Shown here: positions 24,607 through 32,789 of the stretch, in pieces
Layout of the letters: every line of letters starts with the position of its first letter
How positions within the stretch are numbered: the first letter of the stretch is position 1
From: Bacteroidota bacterium
Lineage (GTDB): Bacteria; Bacteroidota; Bacteroidia; Chitinophagales; Chitinophagaceae
Assembly (NCBI GenBank): GCA_018266575.1
Contig: JAFEAE010000026.1
Span: 3,777-67,776 of the forward strand
Reading direction: 5' to 3'
DNA length: 64,000 nucleotides
Program-made: the position numbers and the translations under genes
Notes under the pieces: model-generated
What the model was told of the DNA's origin: nothing
The model's input: only the letters and a program-made list of their open reading frames with translations
The model's database searches: none

Positions 24607-25095
24607 ATGGCAAAACCTGTAAAAAAGCCTGCTAAAAAAGCAGCAAAGAAAACCGCCAAAAGCTCTCCGAAGAAAGTGGCAAAAAAAGCGGCAAAAAAGA
24701 TTACAAAAAAAGCATCTAAAAAAAATGCGCCAAAACCAGGTAAAAAACCGGGTAAAAAATTCCTGATCATTTATCACGCTCCGTTCGAAGCAATAGCACA
24801 AACCATGAATGTTACCCCCGAGCAACAAGCGGAAGGCATGGCTCTGTGGATGGCATGGGCAAAACGTGCAGGACAAAATATAACCGATCTTGGTGCGCCG
24901 CTAATTAACGGAAAGCGCATCAATGCAAAAGGCGAATCATCGCCAAGTACAAAAGAAGTTTCCGGCTATTCGCTAATGGAAGCGGAAGATTGGGAAGAAT
25001 TACTGGACCTGCTGGAAGGGCATCCCCATATTTCCGGATGGCATCCTGAAGCAACAATTGAAATCCATGAAACAATGTTGCTGCCGGGAATGTAA
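24607..25095 (+). CDS. Protein with histone-H1-like Lys/Ala/Pro-rich N-terminal tail and ~110-aa globular C-terminal domain
   Basis: MAKPVKKPAKKAAKKTAKSSPKKVAKKAAKKITKKASKKNAPKPGKKPGKK, then FLIIYHAPFE...VSGYSLMEAEDWEELLDLLEGHPHI...IEIHE. This may be a small alpha/beta-barrel, YCII-like fold (unverified). Confidence 0.55.
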   Translation: MAKPVKKPAKKAAKKTAKSSPKKVAKKAAKKITKKASKKNAPKPGKKPGKKFLIIYHAPFEAIAQTMNVTPEQQAEGMALWMAWAKRAGQNITDLGAPLINGKRINAKGESSPSTKEVSGYSLMEAEDWEELLDLLEGHPHISGWHPEATIEIHETMLLPGM

Positions 25096-25144
25096 AATAT
25101 AACGTCAACGCATATACGATTCTAACGGTGCTGTTTGCAATTTG

Positions 25145-25185
25145 AAAAGATCATTTTGTTGCTGTTAACAAAATGATCTTTTTAT
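25145..25185 (+). terminator. Rho-independent terminator
   Basis: aaaagatcattttgtt-gctg..-aacaaaatgatctttt followed by a T-rich run. Confidence 0.8.
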
Positions 25186-25215
25186 TTATCCTTCAACAAT
25201 CATTTTCTTTGCAGC

Positions 25216-25980
25216 ATGAGGCCGGTGAATATAAAAACACGTGAAGTACTTCGCGGAATTGCGCAGTTAAAAATTTCTTTCCGTAAAAATTATATCCATT
25301 ACCTGCAGGAAGCACTTGGGCTCGCCATCTTCATGGTATCTGCTTGTTTTTTCAGCGCCATGCTCGAAGCAAAAAATTCATCATGGCATCTTGCAATTCC
25401 TGATAGTGGGTCACGCAATGCTATTATGGGATTGCTGATGGGCGCAACCGCATTATTCATTTTTTATTCGCCATTTACTGCACCATCAGGTTCACATATT
25501 AATCCTGCTGTTACAGTTACTTTTTTTCGTTTAGGCAAAATGGAAAAATGGGACAGCATATTTTATATTTTATTCCAGGTCGCCGGCGGGCTGATCGCTG
25601 TTTATGTTATGGCTGAATTAATCGGAAAAAAACTGACCGCCGCACCGGTGAACTATGCCACCACTGTTCCGGGCAAATATGGAACTACAGGCGCAGCAAT
25701 TACAGAATTTATGATTGCTTTTTTAATGATGACGATGATCCTTTTCACTACTTCGAATGAACACCTGAAAAAATATACACGCATCATCTCCGGTTGCTTT
25801 GTTTGTGTATATGTGATTGTTGCCGGGCCGATATCCGGTTTTGGCATGAACCCTGCAAGAACCGCCGCCAGCGCTGTTCCTGCACACATCTACACATCTT
25901 TCTGGGTTTATATGATCATGCCGTTTGCAGGAATGCTAACTGCCGCGGAAGTTTTTGTGCGGAGCAGAAAAAAAATTTAG
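25216..25980 (+). CDS. MIP-family channel (aquaporin/glycerol facilitator-like)
   Basis: Two NPA boxes (SGSHINPAVT and GFGMNPARTAA) within six hydrophobic segments. Confidence 0.85.
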   Translation: MRPVNIKTREVLRGIAQLKISFRKNYIHYLQEALGLAIFMVSACFFSAMLEAKNSSWHLAIPDSGSRNAIMGLLMGATALFIFYSPFTAPSGSHINPAVTVTFFRLGKMEKWDSIFYILFQVAGGLIAVYVMAELIGKKLTAAPVNYATTVPGKYGTTGAAITEFMIAFLMMTMILFTTSNEHLKKYTRIISGCFVCVYVIVAGPISGFGMNPARTAASAVPAHIYTSFWVYMIMPFAGMLTAAEVFVRSRKKI

Positions 25981-26127
25981 TAAGCAGTTAGCAGTTAGCG
26001 TAAGCAGGCTCATTTTTCAAAATTGTTTATCGATTATTTTAACCAAAACATTTCACTACTTACCACTTATCGCCTATCACTAACCACAGGCTTCTAACCT
26101 CTTACTTCTTACTCCCAAAAATATCTA

Positions 26128-26135
26128 TAGCTTTG
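26128..26135 (+). promoter_or_regulatory. Bacteroidota-type -7 box (TAnnTTTG)
   Basis: TAGCTTTG lies 17 nt upstream of the ATG at 26152. Confidence 0.4.
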
Positions 26136-26151
26136 CATCCATTTTACGTCA

Positions 26152-27498
26152 ATGGCAAATTCAACTGTTTTATTAGTAGATGATGAAGAAAAACTAAGGG
26201 CGTTATTAAAACGCATCATCAGCCTGGAAGGTTTTTCCATATTTGAAGCCAGCAATTTAAAAGCCGCAGGAAAAATCCTGGAAAAAGAACCTGTCGATAT
26301 TGTTTTATGCGATGTAAAACTTCCCGATGGCAACGGTGTTGATTTTACGCAGTATGTAAAATCAAAGTTCCCTGCCGTTGAAGTAGTATTGATGACTGCT
26401 TACGGAAATATCGCCGATGGTGTACAGGCAATGAAGAACGGCGCATTTGATTATATCATTAAAGGCGACGACAATGATAAGATCATCCCCTTGCTGAAAA
26501 AATCCATGGAAAAAGTGCAGTTGGAAAAACGTGTGGAGCATTTGGAAAAACAAGTCAGTAAAAAATACAGCTTCGATAATATACTCGGCGAATCTTCATT
26601 AATAAAAGAAGCTATTGCCATGGCAAAAAAAGTGGCGCCAACCGATGCCACTGTTTTGTTATTGGGAGAAACAGGAACAGGAAAAGAAGTATTTGCCCAG
26701 GCTATCCATGGTGAAAGCAAACGTGCAACAAAACCATTCATGGCACTTAATTGCAGTGCATTCAGCAAAGAGTTACTGGAAAGTGAAATCTTCGGCCATA
26801 AAGCCGGTGCATTTACAGGAGCAACAAAAGATAAAAAGGGATTGATCGAAGAAGCTGATGGCGGAACACTTTTTTTAGATGAGATCGGTGAAATGCATGT
26901 TGATCTTCAGGCAAAACTGTTACGTGTATTGGAAACAAATGATTTTATTAAAGTAGGTGATACAAAATCAACGCGAGTAAATGTGCGTATCATCGCTGCA
27001 ACAAACCGTAACCTTCAATTAGAAGTGAATGAAGGAAAATTCCGCGAAGACCTCTACTATCGATTAAATGTATTTGCTATCCAGTTACCGGCATTACGCG
27101 ACAGAAAAAAAGACATCCCTATGCTTGCAGATCATTTCATGAAACAATTCAGCCGAAAAACAAACCAGCGTGTTGAAAGCATAAGTAAAGATTTTATTGA
27201 ACATCTTCAGCAACACGACTGGAAAGGAAATATCCGCGAATTGAAAAATATTATGGAACGTGCGGTGATCCTTGCCGACGGGCAAGAACTAACTACAGAT
27301 AATCTTCCTTTCGAACTACAGGTAACAGGACGCAAATCATCAACACTTTCAGCATTCGATCTTGCCAGCGTTGAAAAATTACATATTCAGCGTGTGCTCA
27401 ACCACACCAAAGGAAATAAAACAGAAGCAGCAAAACTGCTTAACATTGGCCTCACTACACTTTACCGAAAAATAGAAGAATACGGTTTAGGCCAATAA
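26152..27498 (+). CDS. Sigma-54-dependent response regulator (NtrC family), copy 1
   Basis: REC domain (LLVDDEEK...DVKLPDGNG), AAA+ Walker A GETGTGKE, GAFTGA sigma-54 contact loop, and a C-terminal Fis-type HTH (NKTEAAKLLNIGLTTLYRKIEEYG). Confidence 0.9.
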   Translation: MANSTVLLVDDEEKLRALLKRIISLEGFSIFEASNLKAAGKILEKEPVDIVLCDVKLPDGNGVDFTQYVKSKFPAVEVVLMTAYGNIADGVQAMKNGAFDYIIKGDDNDKIIPLLKKSMEKVQLEKRVEHLEKQVSKKYSFDNILGESSLIKEAIAMAKKVAPTDATVLLLGETGTGKEVFAQAIHGESKRATKPFMALNCSAFSKELLESEIFGHKAGAFTGATKDKKGLIEEADGGTLFLDEIGEMHVDLQAKLLRVLETNDFIKVGDTKSTRVNVRIIAATNRNLQLEVNEGKFREDLYYRLNVFAIQLPALRDRKKDIPMLADHFMKQFSRKTNQRVESISKDFIEHLQQHDWKGNIRELKNIMERAVILADGQELTTDNLPFELQVTGRKSSTLSAFDLASVEKLHIQRVLNHTKGNKTEAAKLLNIGLTTLYRKIEEYGLGQ

Positions 27499-27532
27499 CA
27501 TTCAAACAATTATTTTCATTCTGAAAAAAAAT

Positions 27533-27554
27533 GCCTCCTGTAAAAACAGGAGGC
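27533..27554 (+). terminator. Hairpin after response regulator 1
   Basis: gcctcctg-taaaaa-caggaggc. No clear U-tract. Confidence 0.45.
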
Positions 27555-27732
27555 CCATAACCAAATTGCGATACTAAGAAAAATGTAATTCTCTGATTTA
27601 AGCAATGAATATCCACCTGCCAAAAAAATGCCCCGATTTGTTAATGAGTACACCGTTGCGCTGAAATGCGGCACCAGGCTGTCAGTTGAGGGATATTAAA
27701 TTTCTGTAAAGCATTTTTTTTCTCCTGCAATA

Positions 27733-27767
27733 CTTTTCATAATGGAAAATATTTTCATTATGAAAAG
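27733..27767. promoter_or_regulatory. 35-nt palindrome, candidate enhancer (UAS) for a sigma-54 activator
   Basis: cttttcataatg-N11-cattatgaaaag with perfect 12-nt arms. Its centre is 241 nt upstream of the GG of the promoter candidate at 27990. Confidence 0.45.
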
Positions 27768-27989
27768 TACATTCATGCATAATGTGCAAAAAAATAAAAT
27801 GTATTTCCCAAAAACACATCTGTTCATTTATAGAAATGTATTATATGTTTTGTTATCAATCTGAAAAAAAATTTTCAATTTGAAAATACATTTTGAAGAA
27901 TAAAGTTTCCGCACGCATAGTTCAAATTCTCCCCAAATCCTTTCTGGTACTGAATTTCAAGGGTTGACTGCTGTTTTTATTTTTTCTTC

Positions 27990-28005
27990 TGGTACATTTT
28001 TGGCA
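27990..28005 (+). promoter_or_regulatory. Sigma-54 (-24/-12) promoter candidate
   Basis: TGGTACATTTTTGGCA: GG-N10-GC spacing as in the TGGCAC-N5-TTGC consensus, ~140 nt upstream of the ATG at 28145. Confidence 0.5.
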
Positions 28006-28144
28006 AACTGTTAAGCACTTCTAACAACCTTCAAATTATTCAGTAACGATTGCGCCGGTAAATCTGTTCAGGCGATCATTTGTGGTAATGGCCTGCATGA
28101 CTAATCTGACAAACACGTTACCATCTAACTGTTAAAAAAATTTT

Positions 28145-29740
28145 ATGACAAGGAAATGTTCTATTTGCCTATTGGGATTATTGTTTTTTTATTTTAGTAA
28201 AATCTATAGCCAGCAAGCAAGCGTGCTGATCGAAAACAACAGCAACTACGACAAGGTTATTATTAAAGACTCGCCCAATGCGGCACAGCACGATACAATT
28301 GCTGCAAAACAGAAAGCTTCTTTATTTACAAGCATCGGCAATTTTCTTCATTTAAATAATAACACAAAAACCACATTGCATTTAACGGAAGATTCGGCTG
28401 CAAGCGAACCATTTGCTTTCGGAGATTTTTCCTGGTTAAATGGCACAAGCCGCAAAACAAGCCCGCCTGCTTTCGATTCAAAATATTTTACAGGTGATGT
28501 GACATTTGATTTGAATTACACACATTCTTACAATCACCCGATCGATAATACTGTTGTTGGCTCAACGGCACTAGCAAGAAACAACGAATTGCAACTTTCG
28601 TTCATGGGCGTTGGCGGTGATATTCATGTGAACAATGTACGTGGAAGAGTAATGATGCAGTTTGGGACGAGATCAACAGTTGTACCAAGAAATGACGGAA
28701 GTTCTTACAAAGGCCAGTACGACCTGCAAACAATTTACCGCTACATCAGTGAAGCTTATGCTGGTTATCATTGGAACAAATGGCATGGCATTAACCTCGA
28801 TGCAGGAATATTCATGTCGTATATAGGTTTGTTTTCTTACAACAATTTTGAAAACTGGGGATACCAGCCTTCATACACTTCGGATAACACACCATGGTTT
28901 TTTAACGGGTTACGCTTGCAAACTTTTCCAACCGACAAATTAAAAGTTGAACTCTGGCTGATCAACGGATGGCAGAGTTATGGCATGTTCAATCATTCTC
29001 CCGGCGCTGGTGTTTCGATCTATTATCGCCCGAAAGAAAATGTAGATTATGTGTTCAACAACTATTATGGGAAAGATGATGAAGGCGCACCAAACCGCTA
29101 TCGCCTGCATCTCGATTATAGTTATGAACGCAGGTATTACAATAACCCGCATGCAAAATTTTTAAAGAAGGCTGCTTTCTCGATCACAGCGGATTTTGGA
29201 TTTGAAAACGGAAATGGTGTTACGCCATTCGGAACAAAATCTACTGCGGGAAATCCCGGCCTTCCCGCTCAAAATTTTATCAGCGGAATGTTTTACAACA
29301 GGCTATGGTTAGGCGAACATTTTGGCTGGACGTTCGGTGGAGGTTACATGCATAACCCCGGGCAATATTTGGTGCTTGCACCAACTGGATATGCAGATAC
29401 ACTATACCAGGCGCAGACCGGCCCCGGCTCGACTTTCGATGCGTGGGATTTTTCAACAACATTTGATTATATGCCCAACCAGAACATGACGATTAAATTA
29501 GAATTCGTTCATCGTGCCATTGTGCATTTAGGCGCGGCTCCGGGAACAACTCCATTAAAAGGTTATTTCGCGGGTCCGGGTGGCGTTACTTCTCCGAGTG
29601 GCTATACTAACACCGGCGGATATACGTACACGTCGAGCGGTGCATCTGTAGCGCCACCGTTAAGCAGTTGGGGCGGATGGATGCCGGATATGGTAAACCA
29701 GGAATCGAGGATCATCCTTGCTTTTTTAGTAAGGTTTTAA
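28145..29740 (+). CDS. Outer-membrane beta-barrel, porin-like (possibly DUF1597/OmpL-like)
   Basis: Signal peptide, FGDFSWLNGTSR, alternating aromatic/Gly-rich strands, and a C-terminal ...AFLVRF (terminal Phe typical of OM barrels). Confidence 0.6.
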   Translation: MTRKCSICLLGLLFFYFSKIYSQQASVLIENNSNYDKVIIKDSPNAAQHDTIAAKQKASLFTSIGNFLHLNNNTKTTLHLTEDSAASEPFAFGDFSWLNGTSRKTSPPAFDSKYFTGDVTFDLNYTHSYNHPIDNTVVGSTALARNNELQLSFMGVGGDIHVNNVRGRVMMQFGTRSTVVPRNDGSSYKGQYDLQTIYRYISEAYAGYHWNKWHGINLDAGIFMSYIGLFSYNNFENWGYQPSYTSDNTPWFFNGLRLQTFPTDKLKVELWLINGWQSYGMFNHSPGAGVSIYYRPKENVDYVFNNYYGKDDEGAPNRYRLHLDYSYERRYYNNPHAKFLKKAAFSITADFGFENGNGVTPFGTKSTAGNPGLPAQNFISGMFYNRLWLGEHFGWTFGGGYMHNPGQYLVLAPTGYADTLYQAQTGPGSTFDAWDFSTTFDYMPNQNMTIKLEFVHRAIVHLGAAPGTTPLKGYFAGPGGVTSPSGYTNTGGYTYTSSGASVAPPLSSWGGWMPDMVNQESRIILAFLVRF

Positions 29741-29781
29741 AACCTGTTGCAATACATTTTTTAATTGCAAAACTCCGGGTT

Positions 29782-30048
29782 ATGATAATAACTATTGAAG
29801 GGAAAAAAGTCAACTCAATAATAAAAAAAATAATAGCAGAGAAGTTTGCATTAGATGAAGATGAAATACAAGATGATGCAAATTTCCAGAACGATCTGGG
29901 GGTTGATTCACTCGACATTATTGAATTGCAAATAGCAATCGAAAAAGAATTCAAAATAAAAATAGAAGATGAAGAGGTTGAGAAAATGAAAACACTCAGT
30001 TCAATTATTGATCTGATTGAAAAGAAATCAAACTATGGTCATTTGTAA
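29782..30048 (+). CDS. Acyl carrier protein-like (phosphopantetheine-attachment DSLD motif)
   Basis: MIITIEGKKVNSIIKKIIAEKFALDEDEIQDDANFQNDLGVDSLDIIELQIAIEKEF...: 88 aa, acidic, with the DSL serine site. The ATG at 29782 lies within track ORF 29668-30048. Confidence 0.65.
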   Translation: MIITIEGKKVNSIIKKIIAEKFALDEDEIQDDANFQNDLGVDSLDIIELQIAIEKEFKIKIEDEEVEKMKTLSSIIDLIEKKSNYGHL

Positions 30049-30077
30049 AACAGGTTTATTCATCAAAAAAAATTTTT

Positions 30078-30665
30078 ATGACACAGAAAATAATGATGGT
30101 ATTATTATTCTCCATTGTATTACATAATGCCTTCGCACAATCAAAACAAAATACTACAAGCGGGATTTATGTTAACGCTTCAGATTTCATTAATCATAAG
30201 CTCACCTATCAAATCAATTGTAACAATACTAAAGATAAAATGAGGCTGAATGATTTCTTTGGCTCATCAACAGGTTATGTTTTAAGCAATGGAGAAAAAC
30301 ATGCCTTCAACAAAAATAAAGTGTATGGTTATTTGAGTTGCTCCAATAAAAATTATCGCTTTTTCCAACATTCATCATACGAAATACTTGACACAGCAGG
30401 GTTCTTCATTTACTATCAATACCGGGAAGAAGAAATAAATAAAGGAAAAGAGCCTGTAAAAAAAGATGAATATTTTTTTAGCGCCACCAGTAACGGCCCG
30501 GTACAATTGCTGACTATCGACAACCTGAAAAAAGCATTTCCCGGGAATGCCAAATTTCATTATGCATTGGATGAAACATTCCGGTCAGATAAAGACCTGA
30601 TCGCCTATGATAGTTTCAGGCGCAGCTATAAAATCAAATACCTGTACAATGAATCTTTAAAATAA
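30078..30665 (+). CDS. Secreted hypothetical protein
   Basis: Signal peptide MTQKIMMVLLFSIVLHNAFAQ. No recognisable motif. Confidence 0.5.
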   Translation: MTQKIMMVLLFSIVLHNAFAQSKQNTTSGIYVNASDFINHKLTYQINCNNTKDKMRLNDFFGSSTGYVLSNGEKHAFNKNKVYGYLSCSNKNYRFFQHSSYEILDTAGFFIYYQYREEEINKGKEPVKKDEYFFSATSNGPVQLLTIDNLKKAFPGNAKFHYALDETFRSDKDLIAYDSFRRSYKIKYLYNESLK

Positions 30666-30672
30666 TCAACTG

Positions 30673-32022
30673 ATGCCATCAGGAAATATTTTAATAGTTG
30701 ATGATGAAACGAAACTACGCGAGTTGATCAAACGCATTGTCTCATTGGAAGGTTATACTGTTTTTGAAGCGGCCGATATCCGGTCGGCATGGAAGGTTCT
30801 TAATAAAGAAGATATTGAGGTGGTTGTATGTGATGTAAAACTTCCCGATGGAAGTGGCATTGACTTCACCAAAGAAATCAAAACAAAAACCTCTACCGTT
30901 GAGATCATTCTGCTGACAGCTCACGGAAATATTCCTGATGGCATTCTTGCTATGAAAAACGGTGCATTTGATTATATCACCAAAGGCGATGATAATCACA
31001 AACTGCTTCCATTGATCGATCATGCGTTGGAGAAAGCACGTTTGCAAAAACGTGTTAAACAGCTGGAGAAACAAGTAACACTGGCCTTCAGCTTTAATAA
31101 TATTATCGGCGAATCACAGGTGATAAAAGACACCATCATGCTGGCAGAAAAAGTAGCGGCAACCAATACAACGGTGTTATTACTTGGTGAAACCGGCTCC
31201 GGAAAAGAATTATTTGCACGTGCCATACACGGCGCAAGCCAACGTGCAGACAAACCATTTATAGCAATCAATTGCAGTTCGTTTCCGAAGGACCTTTTGG
31301 AAAGCGAAATCTTCGGGCACAAAGCAGGCGCATTTACCGGTGCTATAAAAAACAAAAAAGGATTGATCGAAGAAGCAAATGGCGGTACTTTGTTTATGGA
31401 TGAAATTGGTGAAATGCATATTAACCTACAGGCAAAATTATTACGTGTACTGGAAACAAGTGAATTCATAAAAGTGGGCGACACGTCTCCATCAAAAGTT
31501 GACGTACGTTTTATATCTGCTACAAACCGCGACTTGCATGATGATGTGGAAGAAGGAAAATTCAGGAAAGATTTGTTTTATCGCCTCAACGTCTTCAATA
31601 TATACATACCACCGCTTCGCGAACGAAGAAAAGACATCCCTGTAATAGCAAATTATTTTCTGAAATTATTTGCAGAGAAAATGAATAAGAATGTTACAGG
31701 TATGACTAAAGAATTTTTACAGTTCATCGAAGAACAATTCTGGAAAGGAAATATCCGTGAACTGAAAAATGTGATAGAACGGGCAGTGATATTGTGCGAA
31801 CACCCACTGCTTACCGTTGAAGACCTGCCTTTTGAAATGCGCATGGCGCCGCAGCAGCAACAACGCACACCGGTTTCTGCATTTGACCTGGCAAGTGTTG
31901 AGAAATTACACATACAGCGTATTCTCAATTATACAAAAGGGAATAAAGTAGAAGCAGCACGTTTACTAAATATTGGTTTAACAACCATCTATAGAAAAAT
32001 GGAAAGTTATGGCATGAATTGA
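30673..32022 (+). CDS. Sigma-54-dependent response regulator (NtrC family), copy 2 (paralog of 26152-27498)
   Basis: Colinear with copy 1 over its full length, e.g. LLLGETGSGKELFARAIHGASQRADKPFIAINCSSFPKDLLESEIFGHKAGAFTGA and FDLASVEKLHIQRILNYTKGNKVEAARLLNIGLTTIYRKMESYG. Confidence 0.9.
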   Translation: MPSGNILIVDDETKLRELIKRIVSLEGYTVFEAADIRSAWKVLNKEDIEVVVCDVKLPDGSGIDFTKEIKTKTSTVEIILLTAHGNIPDGILAMKNGAFDYITKGDDNHKLLPLIDHALEKARLQKRVKQLEKQVTLAFSFNNIIGESQVIKDTIMLAEKVAATNTTVLLLGETGSGKELFARAIHGASQRADKPFIAINCSSFPKDLLESEIFGHKAGAFTGAIKNKKGLIEEANGGTLFMDEIGEMHINLQAKLLRVLETSEFIKVGDTSPSKVDVRFISATNRDLHDDVEEGKFRKDLFYRLNVFNIYIPPLRERRKDIPVIANYFLKLFAEKMNKNVTGMTKEFLQFIEEQFWKGNIRELKNVIERAVILCEHPLLTVEDLPFEMRMAPQQQQRTPVSAFDLASVEKLHIQRILNYTKGNKVEAARLLNIGLTTIYRKMESYGMN

Positions 32023-32242
32023 ATATTAATTCTATAAATTTACTTCCTCCTGGCAAATCTGTGAAAAATGAAACTGATATTTCCATTCGTAAAAAAACGG
32101 GTTAAACTCTCCGTCATTTTGCTGATCATTTATCTTGCATTGATACTTACCGTTATTTTTATCCAGTTGTTTGTTGAATAATTCTTTCCTCTTTTTCCTA
32201 TTAAAAGGATCCGACTCTCCTGTTTTGAACAATTCGCTATGC

Positions 32243-32277
32243 CTTTCAAAATGAAAAGCACTCCTCCATTTTGAAAG
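32243..32277. promoter_or_regulatory. 35-nt palindrome, candidate enhancer (UAS) upstream of kdp
   Basis: ctttcaaaatg-N13-cattttgaaag with perfect 11-nt arms related to those at 27733-27767. Its centre is 241 nt upstream of the GG at 32501. Confidence 0.45.
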
Positions 32278-32499
32278 GGTAAACATGTTTAACTGTCTTA
32301 TTTATAAATTTTTAATAATCTCTGAAAGCTATGCCTGTATTGGGTTGTAGCCGAAAATAGCCAGGCAGGTTTTCCTCAGGCATTTTGTTTGGGTAATGTT
32401 CAGCAAATTCTGAACAATGAAACATTACATGAAAGCTGTTCTCAAAAAAGCAAAACCCTTTCATTTGCTGATAGCTGTTTATTTATTACTAATCGCCAC

Positions 32500-32514
32500 T
32501 GGCATTATGCTGCA
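32500..32514 (+). promoter_or_regulatory. Sigma-54-like promoter candidate for kdp (non-canonical spacing)
   Basis: TGGCATTATGCTGCA has good -24 (TGGCAT) and -12 (TGCA) elements, but I count GG-N9-GC, one nt shorter than the canonical N10. Confidence 0.35.
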
Positions 32515-32532
32515 GGCATTAAACTCTTGATT

Positions 32533-32619
32533 ATGCTCTTAACCGCTTTATTAATCCTTGCAGGCATTATTTGCTTTGCAGTTTTTTTTAAATCAATCGA
32601 TTTTTTCGATAAAATATAA
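32533..32619 (+). CDS. Possible 28-aa hydrophobic peptide preceding kdpF
   Basis: MLLTALLILAGIICFAVFFKSIDFFDKI*. It starts ~20 nt after the promoter candidate and is the in-frame distal part of track ORF 32389-32619. Confidence 0.3.
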   Translation: MLLTALLILAGIICFAVFFKSIDFFDKI

Positions 32620-32624
32620 TTGTC

Positions 32625-32702
32625 ATGATGATCTTATTTATTCTTTCCATTCTTGTTTTCGCATACTTATGTTATGTATTGATAAAACCGGAAAAATTTT
32701 AA
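32625..32702 (+). CDS. kdpF: K+-transporting ATPase subunit F
   Basis: A 25-aa ORF too short for the track: MMILFILSILVFAYLCYVLIKPEKF*. It resembles the KdpF pattern (single TM followed by Y..YAL..PE.F) and lies directly upstream of kdpA. Confidence 0.65.
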   Translation: MMILFILSILVFAYLCYVLIKPEKF

Positions 32703-32789
32703 AGATGGTAAAAGGCTTAAGCTAAACGGTGTAAAGGTTGTTGCAGAATCGCAGCTTATACCTTAAACCATAAACCTCAAATTATTTTT

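Noticed and set aside
24585-24876. Minus-strand ORFs (61 and 94 aa, Phe-rich) opposite the Lys/Ala-rich tail
   Set aside because: These are complements of AAA/AAG/GCN codon runs and give poly-Phe/Leu artefacts. No start context is present.
27945-27960. First TGGTAC motif as a sigma-54 promoter
   Set aside because: The position 10 nt after the GG carries CA rather than GC, so it lacks a -12 element. The second TGGTAC at 27990 fits instead.
28016-28144. Riboswitch-like fold in the ~130-nt leader of the porin-like gene (gtaacg 28043-28048 pairing with cgttac 28116-28121)
   Set aside because: Only one 6-bp long-range pairing is convincing by eye, the inner helices are poor, and there is no resemblance to a riboswitch class I know.
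32389-32532. N-terminal two-thirds of track ORF 32389-32619
   Set aside because: It starts with a non-ATG codon, spans the promoter-like TGGCAT...TGCA site and is hydrophilic junk. Only the distal 28 codons look peptide-like.
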